Of a DNA stretch of 64,000 nt, positions 1 through 12,447 are shown piece by piece. Numbering within the stretch: position 1 is the first letter of the stretch; each line of letters opens with the position of its first letter. The notes under the pieces were generated by a model, which saw only the letters and a program-made list of their open reading frames with translations, was not told the DNA's origin and ran no database searches. The stretch comes from Camelus dromedarius (lineage: Eukaryota): contig NC_087436.1 of the NCBI RefSeq assembly GCF_036321535.1, positions 121,026,001-121,090,000 on the forward strand. The letters run 5' to 3'. Made by a program: the position numbers and the translations under genes.

Positions 1-2370
1 TCCTTCACTTGGGCTTCAATTCCCGGGTAATAACTCATGCTTACAGGAAAGCTGGACTTCTCAGTAATGATACTGAAATCAGATCCCGGGGCACTGGCCG
101 TGCTGCAAGCGGGGAGGCCCAGCCTGCCGGTGAGATGCGTCTGCCCGGCAGCTCCGAGGGGGCTCTAGGTCTGAGGGGGAACTGACTCCTGGAAAGGCTC
201 CTCCTGTGTGGGGCCCAGGGGTCCCTGGGAACTGGGCCGGGCCTCAGCTCCCTCCCAGTCCGCCTCCACCGTGCACAATAGACCAAAAGGAAACCCCAGC
301 AGAGGTCTCCCACTCTCAGCCCGTGGGCACCCCTGCCCTCAGCCACACCCTGCCTGGCCCCGCATTGCACACGGAGGAGGCGTCTCTGAGCACACCCCCC
401 ACCCCGCCAAAGGAGTGGCCCAGGGAGGAGTGGGACTGGCGCCCGCCCCCAGGAGCTGCAGTCCGCTGAGCAGACACGTCTGGAGAAAAAGAAGGCACCT
501 GCTCTATGACTGCCACCCCCTCCAAGATGTGGTGCACAGGGACCCCACGATGTGGGCAGTACGTCCGTGACGCCTGGGAGTCGTGCCCCAGCTGCTCCGC
601 ATCCCACGCCAGAGAAGCCCCGTGCCCTCGCTGACCGGCAAACGCAGAAGCAGCAATCACATCGCACTGGGCCCAGCACAGAGTGAAAACTCAGGGATGT
701 TGCTCAAAGGTTGCTAACGATTCAAGATGGCCGACTCAAGCAGATCATCACTGAATCGGGCCCGGGGCCTCTTGAGTGTGGAGTCCCTGGGCTGCGGCCC
801 CGATCGCAGCCCTCCGGTGGGGCCCTGTGCACTGCACAGGGTGCATCTCATAAACCGCACCTGGCTCTCACCTCCTTGCCGCCCCGCGCCCTGCATTCAA
901 TGGTTATGGACAGTCACTCGGGCTCCCAGTCGGAGCCATCTTGCAGGCGGCCCATGCTGTGCGGGAGCAGGGACCCTCCACCTCCTGGCTCCAGCTCCCA
1001 CTACCCTCGGCCCCCCCCCCTTGGGTGGGCTGGCCTCAGGGGCTGTGCTGGCAGAGGTGCCCACCTTCCCGTGTCCTGGGGTTGTTGACCTGACCTGGCT
1101 GCCTGTCGGTGGTGATGGTTAATGTTGATAAAGTCCCCAGTGAGGTGGGGGCACGCCCGGCTTTGCCAGGACAGGTGTCCTTGTGGTTCCCAGGGATGGT
1201 CCTCTTCCCTTCTGGCTGGTCCGCTCCTTTTATCCCCTGCTCAGACCCGAAACCCTGCCGCGGGTCTCAGTGCTCAGCCGCAGGCAGCATCCCCTCCGCC
1301 GTCTGCAGAGGAAGGAGAGATGAGGATGCTGGGACTGGAGGGACCCCAGGCTCTCCCGCCGCCTGGGCCCATCACACCCCAACCCCACCCGCCCCAGCTC
1401 ACTCTGGGGGTCGCTCTTCTGGATCTTTCTTTCAAGACGCTCGTTCATTTTACAGAATGTTTTCAAAGAGCCAGCTCAGGGTTTAATGATCAGCTCCTCG
1501 GAGCTTTTAATTTTGAACTCGTTTACTTCGCTTTTCTCAAAATTGTTTCCTCCCTCTGTTGGGAGTGAGCCGCGTGTGGGTCTCGCGGTGCCCCGGGCGG
1601 GTCTCCCGGTGCCCCGGGCGGGGCTGGGGCTTCCCCGAGTCCTCCGCCCCGCTGCTGCCGCTGCGCCCAGGGAGGACACAGCCGCTCTCCCCGGCGCCCC
1701 CGATCCACCTCCTGCCTGGCTGAGTCCCTCTAGGGTTTTAGGACCCCCACCAGTTAACTTCATCGTTAGTTTTTAAATTAGGCATCTGTTTCCAATAGCC
1801 CCTTTTCCAGAGCTGCACCTCAGCCATTGTCTCACTTGGGCTTAACCAGTTTTGCTGTGTTTTCACCCAACCTCCTCACACGTTCTTTCATTGGACCCAG
1901 TCTCTGTCTCCTGGGAAGGCAGGTTAGGAAAGGCTTCCGGGTGTGTCTGAGTTCTTGCACACCAGAGCCGAAGTGACCCCCTGGCCTTTACAGCACCTGT
2001 CAAACTTGGGGGGACTCAGAGGGGACAACCCTGCCCCGAGCACGAGGGCTGTGTCCCGTGTTTCCCAGCTGCGTGACAGCCACCTGTTCCCCTCCCGGAG
2101 CCCTCGCTGAGCCCGGCTCTTCCCTGGGCTCCTGGAGCTATTCCTGGTCCTGGTGGGTGGTGGTTCCCCTCAGCTCTGGCCTCTCCTGGCCCACGGCCAC
2201 ATCCCTGCACCTTCATTCCCTGTAGCACGCTGCCCTTCACTTCTCCGCCGTCAGCCGCGCCCCCTCCCTCTCTGCCTGTCCCGGGTCTCCTGCCTCATGG
2301 AGGCCCCGTGAGTTTTCAGCATCCTTAACTCTGAGCAGCAGAGACCAGCTGAGCAGCACAGGGTCCCCGA

Positions 2371-2465
2371 CACACACTCAACACGCACACGCACACATGC
2401 ACACACCTTCGTGCACACACATGCACACCGTCACACACACGTGCACGCACACATGGGCGCACACA
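2371..2465. repeat. Degenerate (CA/CG)n tract
   Basis: CACACACTCAACACGCACACGCACACATGCACACA... Confidence 0.85.
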
Positions 2466-4699
2466 GGTGCGCTGCAGCCGCGTCTCTCCTGCTCCTCGGC
2501 ACCAGGGCCACTAGGAGAGAGACTCACCCTCAGGGTTGGGCCCTGCACAGGCAGCTTAAGAGTGTATCTGAGGGCGGCTTTGTCTTGACGTCGCCCACTT
2601 CAGGGCCGGTGCCCCCCCGGGGCGCACCTCCACGGCATTTGAAAGGGAAGATTCAGCACTGATGCGGCCCTGGAGGGATCAGAGCAGACAAAACTCACTT
2701 CCGAGTGGCCACCTGGCCGTGGAACTGGGGTCTTTTTCCCTCTGCTTGGGCTGGGCCCAGAGCCCGGCCCAGGGCCAACTCCCTGCACCGTCAGCCCCAG
2801 ACGAGTGCATGAGGGACACCTCCATCGCCAGAGGGCATCCTGGAAATGAGGGGCCTCATCTCAGCAGATGGCGGCCAGTGTGTTCGGCTGGGGTTTCATC
2901 CCCTACGTGAAGATAAAGCTACAGAAACAAGTTTGCTTTCTCTTCCATTTAGCAAGTTCAAAGTGACCGTGGCAACTAAGCACTAATTTTAAAATGAACA
3001 AAAGGCGCTGGAGGGCTGACTGGGGGACGGCAGTCTTTCAGGTGAAGCTGGGGCAGCCGGTGCAGTAGATGTCGCTGTCGTTCTCAGATTTGACTTTCCA
3101 GGGACAGTTGTCAAGAGCGCCGCCTGCAAATATAAGAAGGGTGGTGTCCGCTGCCCAAGGACCGTCCCTCATCCACTAGAACCCCCATCAGCCTCTTTGA
3201 AGCATCCGTCCCAACATTCTCTTCTCCGACTTCCCGCTCAGGCCCAGCCCTGGGATGACCTCAGCAGAGTGCGCTTGCATGAGGGCCAAGCCCCTCCACC
3301 CGCAGCCCAAAGCAGAGCCACTCAGAAACACAGGAGAAGCTGCTTCCCGCCATGTTCCTCTGCTGCTGTGTGATGGTTGTTATGCAGCAGCAGCTGACTG
3401 ATACACCACCCTCATAGGTCCCTCTTTATGTGTGATTTGGGACAGTCTCCAGCATCACTCTCATTAATTCAAGAAATTCTGACATTTTATTCACAATGTT
3501 TTCAAATTTCCTTAGAGTCAGGTGAAGATCTGGCCACCACGAGTGAGGACAAGGAGGGTGGTGAGTGGGGGGCTGTTCTCTAAGTGATCAAGACCTAGTG
3601 AATATTTTCCTTTGATGATCCACTCAGCTCCAGTGAGAAGCGGGAGAGGAGGGGGTGGCCTGTCTCTCCTGCCCTCTGCCCAGTTCCACACCATGGCAGA
3701 TTCTCAAAAGCTCCTGGCGGGCATCACAACACCTGGTGCAGCTCGCTCCGTGCATGACCCTGAGATAGGCCCCCCACCGGGGTCTCACGTGTCCCACTCA
3801 TCCAAAGCAACTACTGACTGGGTCCCAGGGTCTTCAAGGCCAGCTCTGGTCTCTGACACCCACGACAGTCTGCCCTCCGCTCCCCTTCTACATCAGCTGG
3901 GAGGAATTGTTGCTTTTACTTGGCCCTCAGCAAAGGGGCCCCTGACCAGTCTCCAGGCTGCTGACCAGTCCCCGCTGCCCGCCAGGGAAACCTGGGCTGA
4001 GGGACCGGCCTCTGTCCGGAGGTCACTGTGGTGGTGTTTCTCTGTGGCTGCTTCTGATGTGTCTTCTCTCCACCTCTTCCTTCCCCAAATCGCTTCAACA
4101 CTCCCTGATTCTATGATCACGTTCTTTGGCCCCCGAGCCCCCAGGATGTCCCAGGGCCCCCTGCCACCTCCCCGCTGTCCTTGCAGGATGTGGTTGAGGC
4201 ATACGTGGAGCCCAGGTTCCCTGCAGAGGCCCCAGCTCAGCACAGGGGCTGCAGACTGAGGTCATCCAGCCCTCCAGAGACCACTGGCCATCAGGCACCT
4301 TCCTGGAGTCTGACCGGCCACAACAGGGCTGCGGGCCTGGCTGCCCTCTGCCCGCGCTGGGCTGGGGGCTGGGGAGGCAGAGGCTGTGCTGGGTGAGGAC
4401 AGTCCCTCCGGAGGAGGGTGTGTGCCGGCGGCCAGGCTTGGGCACAGGCCTAGTGGGAGCCAGTGGGAAGCCAAGAGCTGTTGTGGGGACAGGCTGAGGG
4501 AAGCACCCTGCCGCTCCCTGGGAGAGAAAGGAGGGCCAGTGTGCTCTGTCCTGGGAGCACGCAGCCCTGAGAGCGGAGCCCCGCCATGACCGTGCAGCTG
4601 CACCAGACCCACACGCCCCCAGTGCAAGGTAAACCACACCGACAGATCCCTGGGGTGGGGGTGGGGGCAGCTTTCCAAGCTTAAAAGGAATGAAATGAG

Positions 4700-4785
4700 G
4701 CACAAATGAAGAGATTGATGGATTTGACTACATAAAATTAAACCTTTTGTATGCCAGAAAAATAACCAAATTTAAAAGGCAGAGA
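4700..4785 (+). mobile_element. Small old LINE-1 ORF2 fragment
   Basis: A-rich AAGAGATTGATGGATTTGACTACATAAAATTAAACCTTTTGTATGCCAGAA resembles the L1 ORF2 'KIDKxDYIKxKxFCxxK' segment (recalled consensus). Confidence 0.6.
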
Positions 4786-5489
4786 GAGAAAAAAGGAGGG
4801 AGGAGGGAGGGGTGGAGGGAGGGGAGACATGGAGTTCTTAGCAGCAGATAACCCGGCCCGAGGATGCTGTGCCCCCGAGGGCCCAAAGACAGGGGTGTGG
4901 ATCCCTCTCCCCACAGCCCCAGGCGAGGGGGCCCAGCGCCCTGTCGTGAAGAGCTCTGAGGCGCAGCTAGCGACTTGCCTGCAGCTCCTCAAGCGCAGGG
5001 CGTCCCTCAGCCTCCCAGCTGCTCTCCTGCTCGGGCACAGCGCACCCAAGGCCTTGTGAGCCCAGAGGACGGGCTGGTGCCCAGGCTCGCTCTGTCTCCC
5101 GGAGGAGCTGGGGGGCAGGGTGCAGAGGTGTTTCTTCTGCAGCTGGAGGAGGCCAGCCACCCGGCATGGTCTTCTAGGACACACTGCACGTCGTGCACCA
5201 GGACCGGGAAGAAAGTGTGCACCTTTTGTCCGCACCCCAGTCCACCTTTGGGCATCCACACCCCAGGAGGGAATTCGGGCCGGTGCTGCCCAGGGCTCCC
5301 CACACAGTGCCCCTGACACACCCTCCCTCTGCGGAGCCTCCCCGCCCAGGTTTTGGGTGTGCTTCCATTGGGCCCCTCTCCAGGGCAGGCCAGCAGCACC
5401 CACGCTTGCAGGAGCCGAGCACAGCACCCACGGGCGCTGAGCCCCCTGCCGCAGGCCCACGTGCAAGCCCCGCCCACACCCGCGCCCTC

Positions 5490-5670
5490 ACGCGCTGGTG
5501 AGAGGCAGCCACCTTCTGTCTGTGCCCTCCTGGCAGAGAAGGGGGAGGGGAGATCTTTCTCCCTCTTTCTCTACTTACAAGGCCACAGTCCTGTGGGATT
5601 ATGACCCCACCTAATTTGAATTACCTGCTGAAGGCCCATCTCCAAACACAGTCACGTTGGTGGTTAGGGG
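5490..5670 (-). mobile_element. MaLR LTR fragment (MLT1-like)
   Basis: TTACAAGGCCACAGTCC...AATTACCTGCTGAAGGCCCATCTCCAAACACAGTCAC is typical of antisense MLT1A-type LTR sequence. Confidence 0.65.
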
Positions 5671-5684
5671 CGGGGCAGGGCTCA

Positions 5685-6056
5685 GTTTGGTCCCTAGAGG
5701 GCTCCCATAGCAGATCAACCTGGGGGCTTCACACAACGGGAACTGACTCACTGTCCTGGAGGCCAGAAGTCCGACCTCCGGGGTCGTCAGGGCTGGGCTC
5801 GCTCTGGAGGCTCCAGGGGAGGAAACCCGGCCTCTTCCAGCGTCTTGGTTTGTGGCTGCATCGCTCCAACCTCTGCCCCGTGACCCCTTCTCCATCTGCG
5901 TGTGTGTCCTCTTCCTATAAGGACAGCACCATGGCATTAGCCCCCAGCTCATTGCACCTCAGCAAAGACCGTATTTCCAAATAAGGTCGCCTTCACAGGT
6001 TCCAGAGCTCCGGACTTGAACTTAGCTTTTTGGGGGCCACAATTCAACCCATTACA
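5685..6056 (-). mobile_element. MaLR solo LTR (MLT1B/C/D-like)
   Basis: CTGGAGGCCAGAAGTCC, CTATAAGGACA, TATTTCCAAATAAGGTC; ends AATTCAACCCATTACA, the reverse complement of the MLT1 5' terminus TGTAATGGGTTGAATT. Confidence 0.8.
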
Positions 6057-7028
6057 CTTGGAGACCCACAAAACAAGTAAATACTCTTCTGAAGAGAGAA
6101 TGTTTTTTAAAACTCTCCTTCCAGGGGAAGCAGTTAAGCATGAGGATCCGGGGACGACAGGCCCGGGGTGCAGGTATGGCCCCGGCCCCAGCCGTGTGAG
6201 CGGGCAGCCCCCCCAGCTTGGCCCCTGCCATGCACAGACCCGCCAGCTCAGTGCTGCTCAGAAGAGGGGCCTCAGGCAGGGCTGTCGGGTGTACTACAGG
6301 GCTTAGCCCTTGCCTCAGTTTCCTCCTCCGGGAGATGGGGAGGATAAGGCTGGCCCCCAGAGGGACCCCGGGGACAGGGAAAGACCCCGGGGGAAGTGGC
6401 CTGGGCCATGCCCGGGGTGTTCCCATGAAGCTGGCTGCTGGTGGGTTCACCCTGGTTTCCAGTCTCATCACGGTCATTACCAACAGGTCCCCCAGAGGCC
6501 TCAAGGTGATGGTGAGGGTCTGCTGGGTCAGGGCCGGGGAGGAAGGGAGGGGGGCCCGGATGGGAACCTGGGCTCAGCGACCCCTCCCTGCCCAGGAGGC
6601 CACAGGGCAGTGGCAGCTCCAAAGCCCCTGGCACAGGGGGCGGTCAGGCAAGGCCGGGGTCTGCAGCACCCCCTAGCTCCCGCACTCGCCGGGCTGTGGA
6701 TTCCCATTACCAGGCGCTGTCTGACACCCCTGGGGCCATGTGCTCAGTCCCTGCCTCCTAGACGCCCCTTCCCTGGGCCGTGCCAGGACTGAGAGGAGGC
6801 AGCAGGGCCAGGATTGCTGGGGGCGGTGCCGTAGTGTCAGCCGCTGCTCGCCCTGCGCCTCGAGCATCCCCACATGCTGGGCGTGTGGGGTGGGCCCGTG
6901 GGCTCTGGGATTGCACAGATGGGGGACGGACTCTCCCAGGGCCTCAGCCCATCCTCCAAATGGGGCGGTGCTGCCCCCTTTACACACACCAGAGGGGACC
7001 GCCTCAAGCACCAGCACCTGCAGGGGGT

Positions 7029-7290
7029 GCTGTGTGCTGAGCTCTGTCCCCAAGATTCAGTCTGAAGCTGTAACCCCCAACATGACTGACTTTGAAGCCA
7101 GAACCTGCAGGAGGTAATTAGGGTAAAACGAGATCATTAGGGTGAGTACTGGTCCAAGAGGACTGCTGTCATTGTAAGGAGAGCAGACACCACGGACCTC
7201 TCTTGCACAGAGGAAAGGCCGTGTGAGGCCAGGTGGGGAGGTGAACGTCGGTCAGCCGGGAGGAGAGGCCTCACCAGAGGCTGACCGCAG
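7029..7290 (+). mobile_element. MaLR LTR (MLT1A-like), 3' part degraded
   Basis: GTCCCCAAGATTCA...TAACCCCCAACATGACT...GGAGGTAATTAGGGTAAAACGAGATCATTAGGGTG...GAGAGGCCTCACCAGA. Confidence 0.75.
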
Positions 7291-7959
7291 GCAGGTGCTT
7301 TGCCAGGAGCCCTGGCGGCTGGGGTAGCTGATGGCAGGGCCCTGGGGGTGGAGGAGGACAGCCTGGCTTTCGGGGGGTCAGGGCAGCACCGCCAGGAAGG
7401 TATGCTGGGGTGGGGGACGAGGACTGGAGGAGATGGGGTCCATGGGAGTGTGCGTGCGTGTGTGCACATGCACGGGGGGTGGACAGGCAATGCGCCCCAG
7501 GGACGGACGTCGGGGTATGACTCTCGGTCTGCGGGGCTGGCAGCCCCGGGCGCAGGGCCAGGCTCAGGCCCACGGCAGCAGTTGGGAATTCGTGATGCAC
7601 GACCCCTCCCTCAAGCGCTGGGGTGTGCAGACTTGGTAGTGAAGTTGAACCAAGACCGTGTTATTTTGAACAGTTTTGGAAAAGCATTCAGAGAAGCATT
7701 CAGGACGAATCACAAACCAGCGCCCGAAGTGCCAGGTCTAAGGGCACTTCCCACCCCTCTCAGGTCCTCAGTTCCCAACCGCAGAGGGAGGGTGGGGACT
7801 CTGACGCCTGGGTGTTGCTCCTGGTGCCTCCTTTGGAAGAAAAGTGAACCTACTCTCACTAAAGTGCCCAGGGCTTCATTTGTCACCACTTGGGTGTCCT
7901 GTGTTTTAAGGCACCAAAGAAAGCATCCGCGGGGAAGCCACAGTGGAAAGTGGGGATTG

Positions 7960-8400
7960 TGGCCCGTGGACAGAGGTGCGGACCCGCCTCCCTGGCCACC
8001 TTGGGGGTCGGGTGGGGAGGAGGGAGGGCCCGCCTGCTCCGATCCCGCTGCCCGGGGGTGGAGCTTGGCTTGCTGCCTCCCCGGGGCCTCGCCCGGCTCA
8101 TGTGTGAAACGGGGCAGCGGGCGAACCAGCGTCCGTCCGGGGGCTGCGCACTCTCAGCGCGTCCCGGGAAAGGGCCCGGCCGCGGCCTGCGCTCGCGGGG
8201 GGGCGGCCGCCTGTGCACGCGTGCGGGGAGGAGGCGGGGCCTCCGGGCCCGGCGCGCACCCGGCCGGGTGCTGCTGCACACCCGCAGCGCCCCGGGGCTC
8301 TCTAAGCAGCCCATCCAGCGGCTGGGCCTCCGCGCCTGCAGCCCGGAAGCCTTGTTTCCTCTTCCCTCCGGGCGGTGGGGGGCGGAGTGTGGGTTGATGG
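7960..8400. promoter_or_regulatory. CpG-island-like element / candidate promoter
   Basis: Very dense CpG in non-repeat sequence; GC-box GAGGCGGGGC 8231-8240; ETS core CCGGAAG 8343-8349; palindrome GCACGCGTGC 8215-8224. No downstream coding exon recognised. Confidence 0.55.
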
Positions 8401-9779
8401 CTCAGGGGTTCCTATTTTTCCCTTCTTTGCAGTGAAGGGAGAGGAAACAGGTCACGGGACGTGAAGGTGTGGGCTGGCCCGCCTGCCCGGCTGAGGTTTG
8501 AACTCGTGGCTGCAGGGCCAGCTAGGCTCAGACCTGGGCTGGGAGCTGGGGACAGTGACAGACAGACAGACGGGCAGGGCCTCCTCCCCGCAGGGTCCCA
8601 CCAGGAGTGTGCAGGGGGCAGTGGCAGAGCCCCGAGCCCACTCCCGCCCTCACCCACCGCAAGACGGGCCTGGGACGCCGGGACGCCAGGCACGCAGGGA
8701 GGACTCAGGAAAGGCCGGTTCGCTCTGGCCCTGGCGGCGGTCTCACCACGGATCCTAGTCCGTGAGGCCTGGGACGTTGCCATCTCCCTGCTGTCACCAC
8801 CCCAGAGCCTAGAGCAGGACACGGCACCCACGTGACCTCCCATGTGGCAGTTTGAGTCAATGAACGATCGAAGGTGAGATGAGGTGAGTTTGGAAGAGCA
8901 GGGTGGTCAGGGCTGCAACCTTCCGTCCCAGCAGAGACATGGTCGTGATAAGACCTGTCCATCTGAATGCCAGTGTCCTCAGTAATGACCGTGAAACGCT
9001 GGCACGGTCAGGACCACAGCGGCCACGTGGCCAAACCGCACCAAGTCAAAGCGGCAGGACACCAGCACACACACGACCACAGCCACGGCCACACGGCTCT
9101 GGGCCCGGTCCAGCGAGAGCTCGGCACCGCACCCCCACCAAGGTAGCTGTCCCCACTCACAGAAGGGCTGGAGCCCAAAGATTTGGGGGGTATGCGTCTT
9201 GGCTTTGATGGAGGAGGAGACCCAACTCTTTTTCACCAACATTCAAAGTCGCTGCTTCAAAGGGTGGAACGAGCAGGCTGAGGCCAGTGACAGGGAGTCT
9301 GCGGAGGGCCCTCAGGGAGAACCCCCAGGAGCAGGTACCTGGCGGTCAGGAGGCCCAAAAATGGAACTTGTGATCTGACGTCTCAAACACCCTCAGAGAA
9401 CAGCCACCCCTAGCAAAGCAGCAGCACCTTCAACCGTCCCTGACCCCAAACCCACCCACCCACCAACGCCATGGTGTGCAGACCCGACGCGGCCTGCTGA
9501 GTCCAGCCGGGCCCAGAACCCTGCGGGGAGCAGGTAGCAGGCCGACTGGGAATGAGTGATGATCGTGAAGGCAGCCCTGCGAGTGCCAGGCACAGACGCC
9601 GAGCAGAAAGGGAGGGCAGACTCACGAGCAAAGGCAGGGGAGAGACCGCATCTTTGGAAGAGCTTCCGAGACACAGGACAGCATCGGGCAGCGCTCCCCA
9701 TGCCGCGTTTACGAGGCCCCCAGTCCGTGGGACTGGTGCAGCGGCTGTGGCACTCAGACCCCCTAACTGGGCTGGAGCT

Positions 9780-9939
9780 CCGTGGTGCAGATGAAGCTGT
9801 GCTGACAACAGCCGCGCCCACTCTCTTATGGGTTGTCCGTGGCTGCATTCGCACCGCAGCAACAGTTGCAGCAGAGACTGGCCCGAAAGCGCAAAATACT
9901 TATTATCTGGTCCCTCACAAAGGATGCTTGCAGACCCTG
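9780..9939 (-). mobile_element. MER58A-like hAT-Charlie MITE (partial)
   Basis: TTGTCCGTGGCTGCATTCGC...AGTTGCAGCAGAGACTGGCCCGAAAGCGCAAAATACTTATTATCTGGTCCCTCACAAAGGATGCTTGCAGACCCTG matches the recalled reverse complement of MER58A, including the terminal ...GACCCCTG. Confidence 0.75.
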
Positions 9940-12299
9940 GGCTGGGGACATCCCTGCACCTCCCACGCGGGTGATGGAAGCAGGCATGCGAATGAGGCCC
10001 CACCAGCCACGCCTGTGACCCCGGTGTCTGAGATCCCCGTTAGAGCCGCCTCCTGGGGGTGACACAGACCTGCCCACGGCTCTGGTAAAACTTCCCCCCA
10101 CCCCAGGGGTTGCATGTCAGACCCCAACGCCATGCATACTGATAGGAGCAAAGACGGTGAGACGCAGCCCTGACCCGATCAGAAGGCCAGCAGCCCAGCC
10201 CCGCCCGCCGCCAGGAGTGATGAACCCGGGGTGGCAGTCGGATCATGCCACTCTCTGCCTCAGTTTCTTCCTCTCGAGAGGCTGGACTAGACTCATGACC
10301 TCTCCACACAGACACTGGAGGGCACGTGGCACATGTGAAGACAGAAGGGCCACGACTGATCCTGGGTGGCTGAGCCGTGACAGGTTCACCAGAGCACGTC
10401 TTGAGCCACACCCCTCGCATCTCTGCTGTAACCTATCCCCCACCTGGGATCTTTGTTCACTCAGAGCAAAGCCAGGGGCCTTTCAGGGTCATCAGATCAG
10501 AGCCTGGACCTGGGTCCGGGAAGGTGGGGGGAATGGGGCCCTTTCAGATTTGGGATCAAATCGTAGAGACGGGATTGGCTAAGGATGGGTCAGAGGAGAG
10601 GGGGGGTCGCAGGAGCCCCGCCCTGGGGTCTGGGTCCTAATGGGAAGCACACGCCTGGTGAAGGTGGACACGGGGGCACTGCAGGAGCGATAAAGGCCTG
10701 CAAGTGCGACAAAACAGGTTAAGGTGCATAGAGGGGTGGGTGGGGCCCACGTGGAGGGATGCAGGAGGGGGCGCAGAGCGGGTGTCTGTGGGGACTGGGC
10801 CTGGCGTGCTCCAGGCAGGAGAACCGCAAAGGCAGGGCCTGGTGGGGGAGCAGGGGGACCAGGCCCAGGCAGGGGAGGAGCGAGGCAGGAAGAGGGCCTT
10901 GCGGCTCAGTGGGCGGAGGCGGGCAGGGGGCCGGGGGCTGCGGCTGGGTTCTATGTGGGGCCGGAGGACGAGAGAGGTTTTCCTCAGGGGAGGTATGAAC
11001 GTGACCTGGTTTATACCCTGGAAAGGGGAAGAGGGCTGGGGGAGGGGCCTGTGCAAAGGACCTGGGGTCACCTGGGAGGGGGCTTGTCTGGCTGTGGGAG
11101 GGCTCTGCTTGGGATGTGTAGGTGGGGCAGAGGGGCAGGACTCAGGGGCAGGCTAGACCAGGGTAGGTGGGTGCAGAGAGGAAGGGGCAGGACCACAAAG
11201 GCCGAGGTCTTCAACTGGAAGGGACTCACACTGATGCCACAGTGGGCAGTGGGGGGTCAGTATCTGCACAGGGGGCCTGCTTGGTCACTCACCCCGAGCC
11301 TGGGCCCTCCTCGCAGAGAAGGGCAGAGGACCCTGCTGGGTGACTATGTCAGCCTTTACCCCTGGAGGGTCAGGGTCACACTGGGATCTGAGGAGGCAGG
11401 AGTGGGACCCGTTAGGGGGTGACTTATGAGGTCAGGAGGGCAGGACAGGGCAGGGCAGGCCTTACACCCCCAGGCTGGGAGCACAGACGACATGACCCAG
11501 GCTCAGAGACAGTGAGGGGCCCGCCAGCTTCGAGCCACGCTCTTCTTATGCACTGGGGGTCCCCAGAGGAGGAGCAGGTCTTGGGGGTCACCCAGGATCC
11601 TGAGGCAGCAGCAAGTCCCCCTTCAAAACACCTACAGCCACGTGGCAGGAGGCCCCCCCTCCGCTGGGACCTGCCAGGGCAGCCAGAGGGCCAGCAGGTG
11701 TCTGAGTTGTGTTTGTCCCTGGACAGGAACTCTCAGGGGCTGGGAGAGCTGCCCAGAGCAGCAGACATGACGGGGGGAGAAGCTGTTCCAGAACCGGGAG
11801 GAACACGGGTCTGGGCCACACCAGCTTTTGCACAGGTGGGCAGCCTCCTCGGGCCAGGCAAGGGGACCAGGGTCCTCTGCCAAGGAGGCACCTCGGAACA
11901 TGCCAGAACCTGCGGGGACCTCTCTCCATTCTTCCCGGAGGCTGACCTGGCCATGCCAGCGCCTCCCAAGTACCTGCAAGCATCCCGGATGACCTGCCGA
12001 CCTGTAGGGCAGCAGAAAGAGCCCGGTCTTTGGAGCTTCCAGAGGGACGGCGAGGAGTCAACCGTGTCACATGGGCCAATTTCTCCCTTGGAAAATGGAA
12101 ACCTGTCCCCACTTGGCAGGGCGGACCCACGAGGACACAGGTGGGAGCCCAGGGGAGGACACTCATGTTCCTCCCCCAGGGCCTCTGTTTCCCCTTCAGT
12201 CACCCGCCAGGCCTGGGTTAGGCCACACCCAGGGGCTCCTCCTGCTGGGACCTCTCATTTCTCCAACCACACATGCTGCTCATTAAGCAAGTGTTTGTG

Positions 12300-12447
12300 G
12301 AGGGGGGTGTGTAGCTCAGGGGTAGAGCACATGATTAGCATGCATGAGGTCCTGGATTCAATCCCCAGTACCAACTCTAAAAATAAATAAACCTAATTAC
12401 CCCCCCCACCAAAATAAACCAATTAAATAACACAATAGGAAATAAAT
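12300..12447 (+). mobile_element. tRNA-Ala-derived SINE (camelid Vic-1-like)
   Basis: Head TAGCTCAGGGGTAGAGCACATGATTAGCATGCATGAGGTCCTGGATTCAATCCCCAGTACC (tRNA-Ala-AGC-like, A and B boxes); A-rich tail; 15-bp TSD AAGCAAGTGTTTGTG (12285-12299) / AAACAAGGGTTTGTG (12448-12462), 2 mismatches. Confidence 0.9.

Noticed and set aside
7300..8397. 365-aa ORF and the many other long Pro/Gly/Arg/Ala-rich ORFs across the window (e.g. 11419-12390, 27757-28683, 47163-48005, 52232-53062)
   Set aside because: No recognisable domain; overlapping ORFs in several frames and on both strands; several run through LTRs, MER20 or a SINE. This is expected from stop-codon scarcity at high GC.
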